From: a bacterium
GTDB taxonomy: Bacteria; SAR324; NAC60-12
DNA: 64,000 nt
Reading direction: 5' to 3'
NCBI GenBank assembly: GCA_965205865.1
Contig: CBDBHR010000030.1
Span: 64,001 to 128,000, forward strand
Below the pieces are notes generated by a model. It was given only the letters and a program-made list of their open reading frames with translations. It had not been told where the DNA came from and searched no databases. Each line of letters starts with the position of its first letter. The stretch's first letter is position 1. Both the position numbers and the translations under genes were made by a program. This document shows, piece by piece, positions 8,510-19,903 of the stretch.

Positions 8510-10287
8510 ATGGATCATCAAAAAGCAAATCAACCTTCAGTACAATCCTGCTCACCCTCACCCTGATGGTGGCCGCCCTCGGGGTCAGTTCGGCAGCCGT
8601 TGCTGCCGAGAAAAAGATGGTCAAAGATCCGACCACTGATGAAATGGTGAGTGCATCAGAGTACGGCGGGACCTTGACTGTCCAACTGCAAGCGTGGGCG
8701 GGAGCAGTTGACCCCTATTTCGGCTATCCGAATACAGGCCCAACAGACGGCGTCGGAGAAAAGCTCGGTATCATGAACTGGGCAGTAGATTGAGACGTAT
8801 GGGACTTTAAGACGCTCTTCACCCCCGTCACATACATGAGAGGGAGGCTGGCAGAGAGCTGGGAAATCTCCCCGGACGGTCTCACCTATACCTTCCATAT
8901 CCGCCAGGGCGTTCGCTGGCATGATAAGGCGCCGATGAACGGGAGAGCCTTGACAGCGCAGGATGTCGAGTATAACTTTCACCGTATGCTAGGCTTGGGC
9001 AAGTTTGCCGAAGCCGGACCGACCCCCTTTGGCGGTGCTGACCCACTGAAGAACATCCCCTTCGAATCGATCACGGCCACCGACGATTCGACGGTGGTGA
9101 TGAAGCTGACCGAGCCACGCCTCGATTTTCTACGGGTGGTGCTCATGAACGAAGCTGCGACCATCATGCCCCCCGAGGTCATCGAGCAGCATGGCGACGT
9201 TCAGGACTGGAGGAACCTGGTCGGCACCGGACCCTTTATGCTGATTGACGTAGTCGAGGACAGCCAGATCACCTGGGCCAGGAATCCCGACTACTGGGGC
9301 TACGACGAGAAGTATCCCGAAAACCGCTTGCCCTACGTTGATGAGTTAAAGGCTCTGATCATTCCAGAGGAAGCATCAATCCTGGCAGCCCTACGCTCAG
9401 GCAAGATTGATTTCAGGACTTGGAGTAATTCGCTAGACTCGGCACAGAGCATCCGGAAGACAAACCCCGACATCGTGGTGCACGCGATCTGGTTTCGCTC
9501 CAGTGATTCTTTTGCTCCTGACCATCGCAAGCCACCCTTAAACGACATCAACGTGCGCCGCGCCATGCAGATGGCGCTCGACAACGAGACCATTGCCAAG
9601 ACGTACTGGAATGGCTTTGCAGACCCGACACCCTATGGGCTGATAGGGGTGGACGGGTACTACATCCCCTTCGAGCAGTGGGACGAAGAGGTCAAGCAAT
9701 GGTTCAGGTATAACCCGGAAGCTGCCGAGAAGCTGCTCGACGAGGCGGGATATCCGCGCGGTGCCGACGGTACGAGATTCAAGACCACCCTGAACTACGG
9801 GACTTGGGCAACCCTGGACTTTGCGGAAATAGCGGCCGCTTACTGGGCTGAGATTGGCGTCGAGGTCGAAATTGATGCTCTGACCTCAGCCGAATATCAC
9901 GAGAGGATGTGGGGGCGTACCGGAGAAGGCATGTACAGTGCCATTGCGGGCAACGAATTCGACCCTATCATGGCCGCAGGTTGGTATCACACGGATTCCC
10001 AGTGGAACCGCGGTGGGTCCCAGTGGCCTGAGCTGGACGCCATGGTTGACGCCGCCTTGGGCGCCCGTACGATTGAGGAGCAGCGGAGGCTGATTGCCGA
10101 GGCAGATAAGTACGCGATGTCGCGGCACTGGCTGATATATGGTCCCAGAAGTCCTATTTTCTATTACACCCAGCCATGGGTCGTCGGCTACAGCGGTGAA
10201 ATTCCATACTTGGCCACCGGCGAACAACAACTGGTTTTTGCCCGCCTGTGGATCGATAGCGCGCTGAAGAAAGAAATGGGGTATTAG
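8510..10287 (+). pseudogene. ABC transporter substrate-binding protein, family 5 (disrupted)
   Basis: GRLAESWE, GTGPF, DINVRRAMQMALD motifs; one A fewer in a homopolymer near the start than the 22332 paralog; in-frame TGA at 8791 where the paralog has CGA. Confidence 0.85.
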
Positions 10288-10297
10288 TGGGTTTCCC

Positions 10298-11254
10298 ATG
10301 AGAGCGTATATCATCCGGCGGTTATTGCTAATCGTGCCGACGCTGTTCATCTTGAGCATCCTGGTCTTTCTCTCGGTGCGTTTCCTCCCCGGCGATGCCA
10401 TAGATGCGATGTTGGGTAAAGCCGAATTCATCAGTGCTGAGGTGGACCGGGAAGCGCTTGAGCAGATGTTGGGACTGGACCTGCCCGTACACGTGCAGTA
10501 TGGACGCTGGATCGGAAATATTCTCCGGCACGGCAGCCTCGGCCACTCACTGCTTGGCAGCCGTGAAGCCGTGGAGGAGAAGCTAATCGACAGGCTGCCG
10601 GTCACCATCGAACTCGGTGTGCTGGCAATCCTCATCGGGCTGGCGATAGCACTGCCGGTCGGCATCTACTCGGCAATGCGCCAGGATACGTCCGCCGACT
10701 ACGTGGGGCGTTCCTTCGCCATCCTTGGCTTGGCCATGCCGAACTTCTGGCTGGCCACCATGGTCATGCTCTACCCCTCCCTCTGGTGGGCGTGGTCGCC
10801 ACCGATGGAGTGGGTTCCTTTCAGCGAAGACCCGCTGGGGAATCTCGGGATGTTGATCATTCCCAGCGTGATTTTGGGAACGGCGATGGCGGCGGCCACC
10901 ATGCGGCTGATGCGCACCATGATGCTGGAAGTGCTGCGGCAGGACTACATCCGCACCGCCTGGTCCAAGGGGCTCCGGGAGCGGGTCGTGATCATCCGGC
11001 ACACTGTCAAAAATGCCCTCATCCCGGTGGTCTCCCTGATCGGTCTGCAATTACCGATCCTGGTCGGCGGCGCGGTGATCATGGAGGTCATCTTCAACCT
11101 GCCTGGGCTCGGGCGTCTCATGGTGACGGCCCTCGAAGACCGCAACTACCCGGTGGTCTCCGGAGATCAACCTGTTATTCGCCACCGGGGTGGTGCTGCT
11201 CAATCTCCTCATCGACCTGATTTATCCCTATTTGGACCCCAGGGTGCGCTATGA
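10298..11254 (+). pseudogene. DppB/OppB-like ABC permease (3' frameshift)
   Basis: EAA-like QDYIRTAWSKGL; frame shifts near 11165 before the DPRVRYE end. Confidence 0.8.
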
Positions 11255-12189
11255 GTGAATCCAAGCGACGAGGCCGGTTTGCGGATTTCTTCATCCGGCT
11301 GTGGCAGGAGAAGCCCCTGGGCACGATCAGCGGGCTCATCATCCTGCTCTTGATTTTTGTGGCGCATCTTTGCCGATGTGTTGACCCCTTATGGCTTATG
11401 ATAAACTCAACCTGGTAGACCGGTTGCAAGGGCGCCTCCGCTCGGCATCTTCTGGGGACCGACCAGTTGGGCCGAGACCTCCTGAGCCGCCTGATTTACG
11501 GGGCTCGTATTTCCTTAGTGGTGGGTCTGGCCGCAACCACCCTCAATGTGTTGGTCGCGCTCCTGGTAGGCGGCACGTCCGGATTCCTTGGGGGGAGAGT
11601 GGACCTGGCTGCGCAACGCTTTGTCGATGCCTGGATGGCTTTCCCGGGACTGCTGCTCTTGTTAACCATCATGTCGGTCGTGGGGCAGGGCTTGCTCCAG
11701 ATCATCGTGGTCCTGGGGGTCGCCGGCGGCATCGGGGGCTCCCGAGTCGTGCGAGGGGCGGTGATCGGCATCAAAGAGAATGACTATTTTCTAGCCGCCC
11801 GGGCCGTGGGCACCCCCACGGGTCGAATCCTGACCCGCCATGTGCTGCCCAATATCATGGCGCCGATCATCATCATCTTCAGCATCAACATCGGCGGGGT
11901 CATCATTGCCGAGGCGTCGCTGAGCTTCCTCGGATTCGGGCTGCCCATCAAGGTGCCTAGCTGGGGAGGGATGCTCAGCCGGGAAGGGCGCCGCTTCATG
12001 GAGCAAGCCCCCTGGCTGGCCTTCTGGCCGGGGCTTTTCCTGACGATTGTCGTCTACTCCCTCAACATGTTCGGCGACGCCCTCAGGGACCTGCTCGACC
12101 CCCGACTGAAGGGCGGTCAGGGCAGCTACGGCGCCGCAAAGAAACGCAAACGAGGCCTCCTCGCCCGACTGATCAACCCCATTGGTTAA
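11251..12189 (+). pseudogene. DppC/OppC-like ABC permease (5' frameshifts)
   Basis: MSESKRRGRFADFFIRLWQEKPLG start out of frame with GRDLLSRLIYGAR..HVLPNIMAP..GDALRDLLDPR. Confidence 0.8.
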
Positions 12190-12295
12190 CGCTGTCTCTC
12201 GGAGGCGGACGAATGCTCTGACGATATAAACACTCATTTTATTGGCCTGGGCCGAATTAAGAACATTTGCCGCCTGCAAGGCTCCATGACGCGCA
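12185..12295 (-). pseudogene. ORF6N-domain protein fragment (second copy 43742-43852)
   Basis: HGALQAANVLNSAQANKMSVYIVRAFVRLRE resembles the ORF6N C-terminal motif. Confidence 0.65.
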
Positions 12296-12544
12296 AGGCA
12301 ATCCAACGCTTTTTGAAAAAAAGTCAACTCAGGGGGTTGACATCCTCCTCCTGAAACTGTATTAGTTGGAAAGTATTTTGGGAAGGTGATAAAATGAAAA
12401 AAAATCAGCCTCCTGAGCAATCTTGTTGTCATCCCCTCTTCATGACTCGTGAGTCGAAAGTTCTCGAGGGTCATCCGAGAAGGCTTCCCGCTCGAGGGAG
12501 TAAAGAAGGGGGGGAATGATTAATCTGTAATAGGGAGTAATCTT

Positions 12545-13009
12545 ATGAAATCAAAGTTCAAGTTCAAGCGGTTGGATCACATAGGATTAGCAACAGCCAA
12601 TGCCGAAAGATTCCTCGATTTCTACAGCGGAATCCTCGGCTTTGAAGTCCGGGAGCGGTGGACGGTGAAAGGCAATGAGCGGTTGAAAGAGGTGGCCAAC
12701 CTTTCACTCAACGCCCCGAAGGCCGGAGAAGATGGCTCGATCATCGAGTTGTTTTCGATCGACCCGGATGCGCCGGCCAATCCCGATTACAAGGAACCTG
12801 CCCTGGAGCAGACCGGCTTTCGGCTCCTCGCGCTCGAAGTTGACGACATGGACGAAGCAATTGCTTATCTCGAGAGTAAAGGTATCGAAGTCCACTCGGC
12901 GCACCCGAGCAATCCGGCTCGCTGGTTCAGGGACCCGGATGGGAACCAGATCGTCGTCTTCCCCTCCAGCGTCTATCAGATGTACAAGAGACTGGACGAA
13001 ACCCATTAG
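12545..13009 (+). CDS. VOC/glyoxalase family protein
   Basis: LDHIGLAT..FYSGILGF..IELF..LALEVDD..FRDPDGNQI. Confidence 0.9.
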   Translation: MKSKFKFKRLDHIGLATANAERFLDFYSGILGFEVRERWTVKGNERLKEVANLSLNAPKAGEDGSIIELFSIDPDAPANPDYKEPALEQTGFRLLALEVDDMDEAIAYLESKGIEVHSAHPSNPARWFRDPDGNQIVVFPSSVYQMYKRLDETH

Positions 13010-13019
13010 AGGACTTTCT

Positions 13020-13958
13020 ATGACAGAGACACTGGAACAACGCCCCTTCGGGCGTACAGGTGAGACGGTCAGCCTCATCGGGCTGGGTGGCGCCGCTCTC
13101 CATAAGCATAGCTATCAGCACGGGCTGGCCACCGTCAAACATGCGCTTGATCTGGGGATCAGCTATTTTGATACCTCTCCTGGGTATGGTATCGGGGGCC
13201 CTGATGGGAAGTGGATCAGCCAGGGTGAGTCGCAGCGCATTGTGGGTGAGGGGCTCGAGGGGACTGGCAAGCCGCATCTGCTGGCCACGAAGATCAATGC
13301 CTGGCAGACCTCCAATCATTCGGTAGAAGATTGTCTCGCGCAGGTACGAGACAACCTCCGTATCCTGCGTCGTGACCGGGTCGACGTGCTCCTGGGCCAC
13401 GATATGGAGCAGAGACGATTCTGGAAGCCGGAGGCGAACACGGGTGAGCTGCTGGAGATCGATGAGTCGCTCGACTACGAGAATGCGCCGGTGATGCAAG
13501 CCCTTCGTGAGGCAAAGGCGCAAGGGTTCTGCCGCTACCTGGGTCTCAGTACCAACCGCTCGGAGCCACTGGCTCATGTCTTGCAGCGGGTAAAACTCGA
13601 CATGTGTCTGTCCGCCAATCAGTATTCGCTGATGGACCGTCGTTCTCCGCGTGTGATGCTCCCGCTCATTTATGAACAGGGAATTGCCTACGTGATTGGC
13701 GGCATTTTTTGTGTGCCGGGCAAAGGCGTCATCAACGGAGCGCTCTTCAAGGATGCGCGCCTCCTCGAGTTGGCCCGGACCACGGGTCTTTCGATTGCGG
13801 CAATGAGTGTGCGCTTCTTGATGGCCAATCGGGAGATTGCGACCATCCTTGTGGGTGCGTCCACACCCGAGGAACTCGAGGAGAGCGTCGTGGCTGCGCA
13901 GGCAGGTCCGCTCCCGCCTGATATTCAGCAAACCCTGGAAGCGCTCACCTCGCCATGA
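13020..13958 (+). CDS. Aldo/keto reductase
   Basis: GISYFDTSPGYG, ATK, LVGASTPEELEE; GAGGA RBS before ATG 13020. Confidence 0.9.
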   Translation: MTETLEQRPFGRTGETVSLIGLGGAALHKHSYQHGLATVKHALDLGISYFDTSPGYGIGGPDGKWISQGESQRIVGEGLEGTGKPHLLATKINAWQTSNHSVEDCLAQVRDNLRILRRDRVDVLLGHDMEQRRFWKPEANTGELLEIDESLDYENAPVMQALREAKAQGFCRYLGLSTNRSEPLAHVLQRVKLDMCLSANQYSLMDRRSPRVMLPLIYEQGIAYVIGGIFCVPGKGVINGALFKDARLLELARTTGLSIAAMSVRFLMANREIATILVGASTPEELEESVVAAQAGPLPPDIQQTLEALTSP

Positions 13959-13959
13959 C

Positions 13960-14031
13960 CTCGTCACTTTCTCTTGACAGACCCATTTTCAAATGTTATC
14001 GTCTTAGGTCATTTTTTATTATGCTATGGGG
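13960..14031 (+). promoter_or_regulatory. Dispersed ~72-bp sigma70 promoter-like repeat (copies 32315, 37437, 45555, 50830)
   Basis: TTGACA(13974)-17 bp-TATCGT with TG extension; -35/-10 spacing kept in all five copies. Confidence 0.6.
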
Positions 14032-14034
14032 CCA

Positions 14035-14601
14035 TTATGATAATTGCTTGATGCTGAAATTCTCGAAGCGAATCCAATGTTCCTCATCCGGCGGGCCATG
14101 ATAGCACTGAATACTCACCTGCTCGTTGTTCGGCGGAGGCAGTTCGCCTGTTGCTGCCGTTTGGAATTCGGAGGCGCCTTCCGGGCGATACTGGGCCTCC
14201 CATGAATGAGCGCTAACCACCAATCGAAGTCGGACGCTTTTCGTCGGCATCGGCTGCTTTCCGGGGATGATGTAGAGATTGCCGTCGATCAGTTCCTTGA
14301 CTTCCTTAAAGACCGGTTTGCCATCATTATACCAGGTAATGCCAGCCTGCTCGTACTGTTGCCTCGGCAGCGAATGGTTCGTCACCGTGACCTCAATGGC
14401 GAACCTGCTCTGCGCCCGATCCGGCGCAGCCCTCAGCAAGGCGTTCTTAACGGTATCTTCCGCGCCGGGTTCAACGCAGATCTCCAACCCTCGGTTTTGG
14501 ATGCGCCATCGCTCCGAATTTTCGCGTAACCAGGACCATCCTTCCTCCAGTTTACCGTCAAAGTTGTCCTCGAAAATCACTTGCTCATTGGATAAGTTCA
14601 T
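14035..14601 (-). CDS. DUF1349/concanavalin-like beta-sandwich protein
   Basis: FEDNFDGKLEEGWSWLRE..QQYEQAGI..FENFSI; GGAGG RBS. Confidence 0.65.
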   Translation of the reverse strand: MNLSNEQVIFEDNFDGKLEEGWSWLRENSERWRIQNRGLEICVEPGAEDTVKNALLRAAPDRAQSRFAIEVTVTNHSLPRQQYEQAGITWYNDGKPVFKEVKELIDGNLYIIPGKQPMPTKSVRLRLVVSAHSWEAQYRPEGASEFQTAATGELPPPNNEQVSIQCYHGPPDEEHWIRFENFSIKQLS

Positions 14602-14969
14602 ACGAATACCTCCATTTTGATAGATCTGTCATTTTGTCTTAACTCTTAAGCCATCTGCCGACTGTCAACAGATGGAGAGCGACGATTCATTATTGCAGAA
14701 ATCTTCAATGACGTCAACAAAAAATACCCTCATCCCGGTGGTCACGCGTTCAGCTGGGCTTATTGGCCGCGCTGCGGCCGCCCAGCCTCTCTGCGGCCTG
14801 CAGTTGCCGATCTTGAAAAATCGTTGTTTCTCTTGTTTATTGTTTTTTATTTCCGCTTTTGCTATAGTGCTCCCTTGATACTATGTGAGAAACGAGGTAG
14901 GCGATGACAGCAGCCCTGCAACAAACTTTCAAAAGGCACTCGTGAAAAAGATTGCAAGGGGGGGAGACT

Positions 14970-15304
14970 ATGCCGGGAAGACAAAGACCATCCGATTTGA
15001 AAGAGCTTCATTTTAAGCCATTGCTGGAGGTAGCCGCCCTCCTGCAAAACCGGGACATTTCTTCAGTCGAACTGACCCAATCTCTCCTGAAGCGAATTGA
15101 ATCCCTGGATGGGAGGCAGAAAAGTTATGCCACGGTGATGGCCGACCGGGCCCTGGCTGCAGCGGAGCTGGCAGATCAGGAGCTGGCAGAGAAGAAGTAT
15201 CGGGGTCCTTTACATGGGATCCCTATCGCGGTGAAAGATCTGTGTTTTACCAAGGGGATCCGAACGATGGGGGGAGCAGCGTTACTGGCCGATCATATTC
15301 CCAA
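14970..15304 (+). pseudogene. Amidase, internally deleted copy of 45812-47242
   Basis: GPLHGIPIAVKD present, then a jump directly to the last codons (gagggatag). Confidence 0.9.
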
Positions 15305-15349
15305 GAGGGATAGGCATTGTCTTTTCCGAACAGGCCTTGACCACTTCTG

Positions 15350-15622
15350 AGGTATCAACTTCTTCGATACCGCCGATATCTACGCGCATGAACAGTATGG
15401 GGTCTCTGAGGAAACCCTGGGACGCTGGTTTGCCCAGGTGGATGGAAGGCGCGATGCGATCGTGCTGGTAACCAAGGTCTACAAGGAGTTCTTGAAGGAA
15501 TGGCTCCGTCCGGAACCGAATCGGCAATCACCGGTGATAGGCGCGATGACGAGACGCTAAAGCAACTCGATGAGATCTGGCCGGGAACGGGAGGTGAAAC
15601 CCCGGAAGCTTATGCCTGGTAG
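15350..15622 (+). pseudogene. Aldo/keto reductase remnant (copy of 47280-48145)
   Basis: GINFFDTADIY start joined to the PEAYAW* end. Confidence 0.8.
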
Positions 15623-15779
15623 AGAGATGATTGGTCCACCCCCCTTTCTTGTTTGGCTGCACCGAAGCGAACTATAGCAAACTGTAAATCTGCTTGGCGG
15701 TGGACGGGCGATATTTGCGCTTGCCCAAAAAAAGTAAGAGGAAGATCTCAGTGAGGTCATTGAATGGGTTCCCTCAATA

Positions 15780-16700
15780 CTATTGAAGATCAGTGTGTTT
15801 ATTTTGAAGCAAGGCGCGTAAATGTTTGATCTCTTCCAGGGCTTGCTCTTTTTGTTGTCGTTCCAGTTCTTCTCTTTTCAAGGCCTGCTCTTTTTGTTGC
15901 CGCTCCTGTTCTTTTTGTTGTCGTTCCAGTTCTTCTCTTTTCAAGGCTTGCTCTTTTTGTTGCCGCTCCTGTTCTTTGAGTTGCCTTTCCTGCTCTTTTT
16001 GTTGCCGCTCTTCTTGGAGGGATTTTAAGAGATAGGGTTGGTAGAGCGGATCATTCATCAGGGTCTTGAAAGAGGTCTGGGCCTCCAGGTCTTGGCGCCG
16101 AAAAGCAAAATGCTCCAAGACGGTGGATTGAATCAGGCCCTCTTCTGCCGAATCCAATCGTTGATAGGTTCCCGCTTCATGGAGTCGATAAAAACATGTA
16201 TGTTTTCCCAAACGATCTAAAATATAATATTCTGCCACCCCCGCTTTGGCGTATTCTTCTTTTTTGAAGACGGTGTCCCGTTCCACCTCCGAGGGAGTCG
16301 AGTCGGATAAAAACTCAATACAGAGGTCACAGACCCCATGAAACGAACGATCCGTGGGGTGGGGCACTACCGGATTGGAATGCAGAAGGACCGCGAGATC
16401 CGGTTTCCGTACGCTGACTTTATCCCCCAAATCCAAACGAAAGCCCATTTCTAATGCCATGATTCGCCCGCGAGGGAAGACGGTTAAATATTCTTCTAAC
16501 AGTCGAAAAAACCACTGGTAGAGTGAGATACTTAAAAAATCCGGCATGGGCTTTTCCTCCAAGAATCCATTGTTCCACTCATACTGACCCTCCGGGTGTT
16601 GGTAATACTCCTTCCAATAGAGCTCCTCACTGATCCGATGGTGTTCTTGTAATGAGGGGCTCTGAGAGGAATCACTGATGATGGATTCGCGAGTTTCCAT
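15780..16700 (-). CDS. Uma2 family protein, second copy with shorter heptad tail
   Basis: Near-identical to 6700-7704 but 28 aa (4 heptads) shorter. Confidence 0.9.
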   Translation of the reverse strand: METRESIISDSSQSPSLQEHHRISEELYWKEYYQHPEGQYEWNNGFLEEKPMPDFLSISLYQWFFRLLEEYLTVFPRGRIMALEMGFRLDLGDKVSVRKPDLAVLLHSNPVVPHPTDRSFHGVCDLCIEFLSDSTPSEVERDTVFKKEEYAKAGVAEYYILDRLGKHTCFYRLHEAGTYQRLDSAEEGLIQSTVLEHFAFRRQDLEAQTSFKTLMNDPLYQPYLLKSLQEERQQKEQERQLKEQERQQKEQALKREELERQQKEQERQQKEQALKREELERQQKEQALEEIKHLRALLQNKHTDLQ

Positions 16701-16890
16701 GGAGCCTCCATAAGAATGATGGGGAAAAAATACTGATTATCAAACATAACATATCAGAGGGGAAACAGCAACTAGTGATAGAGGCGACAGCGATTACGAG
16801 TAAAAATTGCTGTAACTATTTAGGTTTCTTTAGAGCCCCCCTTCGATTTAAGCACGGAATTTGCATAGCATAAAATTCAGGAAGGATTTT

Positions 16891-18387
16891 ATGCTCTCGA
16901 AATTTCAAAAAAAATATATTAATTCCATTTCATCGACTTCCCTCCTTGAGGCTCTTCAAGAAGCCTGTCAACTCTTTGAAGAAGAACGGGACCAATGGAA
17001 AAAAGAGCGATTAAAACTCCTCGAACGTCTCGAAATAGAAAATAAGCGTATTGAAGCTCTCGAAACAGAAAATAAGCAACTTCGGGATCAGCTGGTTCTC
17101 AACAGCCAAAACTCAAGTAAACCTCCTTCCACCGATCAAAGTCGAAAGAACAAAAGCTTACGTAAAAGCAGGGGTCGCTCTCGCGGAGGTCAACCCGGTC
17201 ATAAAGGCCATCATTTGGCTTTCAGTGAATCACCAGATCATGTGGAGCCTCATTTTGTCAACACCTGTGAAACTTGTGGAGAAGATTTATCCAAGGTGGC
17301 GGTTGAGGCCAGGCATAAACGTCAGGTGTTCGATCTCCCCTCTCTGCAATTAGAGGTTACTGAACACCAGGTGGAACAAAAAATTTGTCCCTGCTGCCGG
17401 CATCTGAATCACTCGAGCTTTCCAGCAGGGATAGAGGCGCCCACTCAATATGGTCCCCGGATCAAAGGCTTAGCGGTTTATCTCAATCAATATCAGTTTC
17501 TGCCCTTTGATCGATGCCAGCAATTCTTTGAGGATCTGTTCGGCCAGCCGCTCAATGCGGCCACGATTTATGCTAGCCTCCGGCAAGCCGCCCATAGGCT
17601 TTATCCCTTCCAACAACAAGTGGCTGAAGCTCTGATTCAAGCGGAGGTGGTTCATTTTGATGAAACCTCTTTGTTTGAAAACAAACAACGTCGCTGGCTT
17701 CATTCAGCCTCTACCGAAGAGCTGACCTTTTATTTTATCCACGACAAACGGGGTCAAGCCGGAATGGATGCCGCCGGTATCCTGCCTCAGTTTGAAAAGA
17801 CAGCCATTCATGATCACTGGGAGAGCTACCAGCATTATGAGTGTGATCATGGCTTTTGCAATGCGCATCATTTACGTGAACTCACTCGGGCCTATCAACA
17901 AGAAAAGGCCTTGTGGGCTCAGGAGATGAGCGACTTACTGGTAGAGATCAAAGAGCAAGTAGACCAAGCCAAGTTCAAAGAACAATCTGCTTTGAGTCCA
18001 ATCCAACTCGATCACTTCCGGCAACGCTATCGTGATATCACCCAAGAAGCCCTTAAGCTCTATCCTCCCCCTCCTCAAACAAAGAAACGAGGACGCCCCA
18101 AACAGAGCAAAGCCAAAAATTTACTCGATCGCTTGATCCTCTATGAAAAGGAAAGCTTGTTATTCATGGATGACTTCCGGGTTCCTTTTGACAACAACCA
18201 AGCCGAGCGAGATGTGCGCATGGTTAAACTGAAACAAAAAATCTCCGGCGGCTTTCGAACGGCTGAAGGATCTCAGGCTTTTTGTATCATCCGGGGAGCC
18301 ATTTCCACTACCAGAAAACAGGGAAAATCCATCCTCGATTTGCTCACTCAGGCTTTGCATCCTTCACATGCTCCTCTTTGTTACTGA
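16891..18387 (+). CDS. tnpC: IS66 family transposase
   Basis: NSQNSSKPPSTD, GGQPGHKG, CxxC zinc motifs, [39 protein letters not shown]; no tnpA/tnpB. Confidence 0.95.
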   Translation: MLSKFQKKYINSISSTSLLEALQEACQLFEEERDQWKKERLKLLERLEIENKRIEALETENKQLRDQLVLNSQNSSKPPSTDQSRKNKSLRKSRGRSRGGQPGHKGHHLAFSESPDHVEPHFVNTCETCGEDLSKVAVEARHKRQVFDLPSLQLEVTEHQVEQKICPCCRHLNHSSFPAGIEAPTQYGPRIKGLAVYLNQYQFLPFDRCQQFFEDLFGQPLNAATIYASLRQAAHRLYPFQQQVAEALIQAEVVHFDETSLFENKQRRWLHSASTEELTFYFIHDKRGQAGMDAAGILPQFEKTAIHDHWESYQHYECDHGFCNAHHLRELTRAYQQEKALWAQEMSDLLVEIKEQVDQAKFKEQSALSPIQLDHFRQRYRDITQEALKLYPPPPQTKKRGRPKQSKAKNLLDRLILYEKESLLFMDDFRVPFDNNQAERDVRMVKLKQKISGGFRTAEGSQAFCIIRGAISTTRKQGKSILDLLTQALHPSHAPLCY

Positions 18388-18409
18388 AACTCTCCTTTTT
18401 TTTAAACGT

Positions 18410-18680
18410 TCCGCCCCCTGCGTGGCCAAAAGTATTCATAGCAAACATAGCATCGTCAATGCGATTTTGTATGTCCTGAAAACAAGTTGTCAGTGGAGCA
18501 TGCTTGCCCATGATTTACCTCCCTGGCAAAGCGTTTACGATCATTATCGCCGTTGGAAAAAACGCTGGATTGTGGAGCGAACATTCGCTTTTTGGTTCAT
18601 GCCGAAGATGGACCGCAATATATCTTTTTATAGCTGACCTCCATTGTTGCGCAATTCTCCTGATCCAAACTTGCTATAGG
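18410..18680 (+). pseudogene. IS5-family transposase remnant, internally deleted
   Basis: IVNAILYVLKTSCQWSMLAHDLPPWQSVYDHYRRW fused directly to KRWIVERTFA. Confidence 0.8.
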
Positions 18681-18713
18681 CTTTGCGCCGCGTAGTAGTG
18701 CTGAAATCATGCC

Positions 18714-18847
18714 TTGTTGTTTTAGGGAAGGAGAGGATTTCCGCTCGTTTGATTCAAAATTAGCTGTGGGAGGGTTCCCGCTTGATCGATTGAACAATAC
18801 CCCGGGAGGATGTGAAAACGATGGATCCTTCCCGGGAATCTTTTTTC
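18714..18847 (+). ncRNA. Putative IS66-end structured RNA, unit 1
   Basis: Two hairpin modules plus gatccttcccgggaatc-T tract; promoter partly lost; IS1595 inserted in the T-tract. Confidence 0.5.
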
Positions 18848-18849
18848 AA

Positions 18850-19903
18850 GGCTCTGTTTGTGATAAATATTGATAAATTTTTTGCATCTGTCATACTGTC
18901 TCCTGAACCGCTAAATTTTTTATAGGAGAAGGAGATGGATCATACAGAATTCAAACAATATCTTTCACGTCTTGAGGGGTTGAGTCCGGCACAAAAAAGG
19001 AAGCTGTCCGATGTTTTGCGAGTCAAGGATGAAGGCGAGGCAGTCGCAGAGACACTTGAGAAGCGCATCAGCGGTGGCGGGCACTGTCCTCATTGCAAGC
19101 ATGTTCAATTTCAAAGGTGGGGAATATCAAATGGGATGCAACGCTACCGTTGTAAAAGCTGCCTGAAGACCTTCAACGCAGCCACTGGGACTCCCTTGGC
19201 GCGCCTGCGGAAAAAGGAGAAGTGGCTGGAGTATTCCAAGGCGATGATTGACGGCCTGAGTGTCCGCAAGGCGGCCAGAAAATGCGGGATCGACAACACC
19301 ACCAGTTTCCGGTGGCGTCACCGTTTCCTGCATGGGTTGAGGGACAAGAAGGACAGCAGCCTCAAGGGGATAGTCGAGGCCGACGAGACCTTCTTCCTGG
19401 AGTCGTTCAAAGGTTCGCGGAACCTGGGGCGCACAGCTCGCAAAAGAGGCGGCAAAGCCACGAAGCGGGGGTTGTCTGCGGAGCAAATCCCGGTTCTGAT
19501 CGTAAGGGACCGCCACAGAGAGATGACAGACGAAGTGCTGAAAGACCTCAGCGAAGTCTCGATCACCAAAGTGCTCAAGCCTGTCTTGGCACAGGATGCG
19601 GTCCTTTGCACGGACGGGAACAAATCTTATTGGGCATTCGCGGACACTGAGAACATCGCGCATGTCCGGCTGATCGCCTCCAATGAGAGCAGGGTCATTA
19701 ACAAGGTCTATCACATTCAAAATGTCAACGCATATGACAGCCGTTTAAAAGGCTGGATGCGTCGATTCAATGGGGTTGCAACAAAATACCTCCCGAATTA
19801 CTTGGGATGGAGGCGATGCCTTGAAAAACAGGGAAATTCAATCGCACCGGTGACCTATCTCAACTGTGCTTTGGGGTGACCAATGCTAAACGCAAACAGA
19901 GCC
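18850..19903 (+). mobile_element. IS1595-family element nested in IS66
   Basis: TIRs ggctctgtttg / caaacagagcc; 8-bp TSD tttttcaa (18842-18849, 19904-19911). Confidence 0.9.
18935..19879 (+). CDS. IS1595 family transposase
   Basis: CPHC..RYRCKSC zinc ribbon, GIVEADETF, CTDG, HIQNVNAYDSRLKGW..GVATKYLPNYLGW. Confidence 0.95.
   Translation: MDHTEFKQYLSRLEGLSPAQKRKLSDVLRVKDEGEAVAETLEKRISGGGHCPHCKHVQFQRWGISNGMQRYRCKSCLKTFNAATGTPLARLRKKEKWLEYSKAMIDGLSVRKAARKCGIDNTTSFRWRHRFLHGLRDKKDSSLKGIVEADETFFLESFKGSRNLGRTARKRGGKATKRGLSAEQIPVLIVRDRHREMTDEVLKDLSEVSITKVLKPVLAQDAVLCTDGNKSYWAFADTENIAHVRLIASNESRVINKVYHIQNVNAYDSRLKGWMRRFNGVATKYLPNYLGWRRCLEKQGNSIAPVTYLNCALG

Noticed and set aside
12927-13967. Long antisense ORFs (also 28436-29173, 59623-60546)
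   Set aside because: Shadow frames of GC-rich genes with clear products on the other strand
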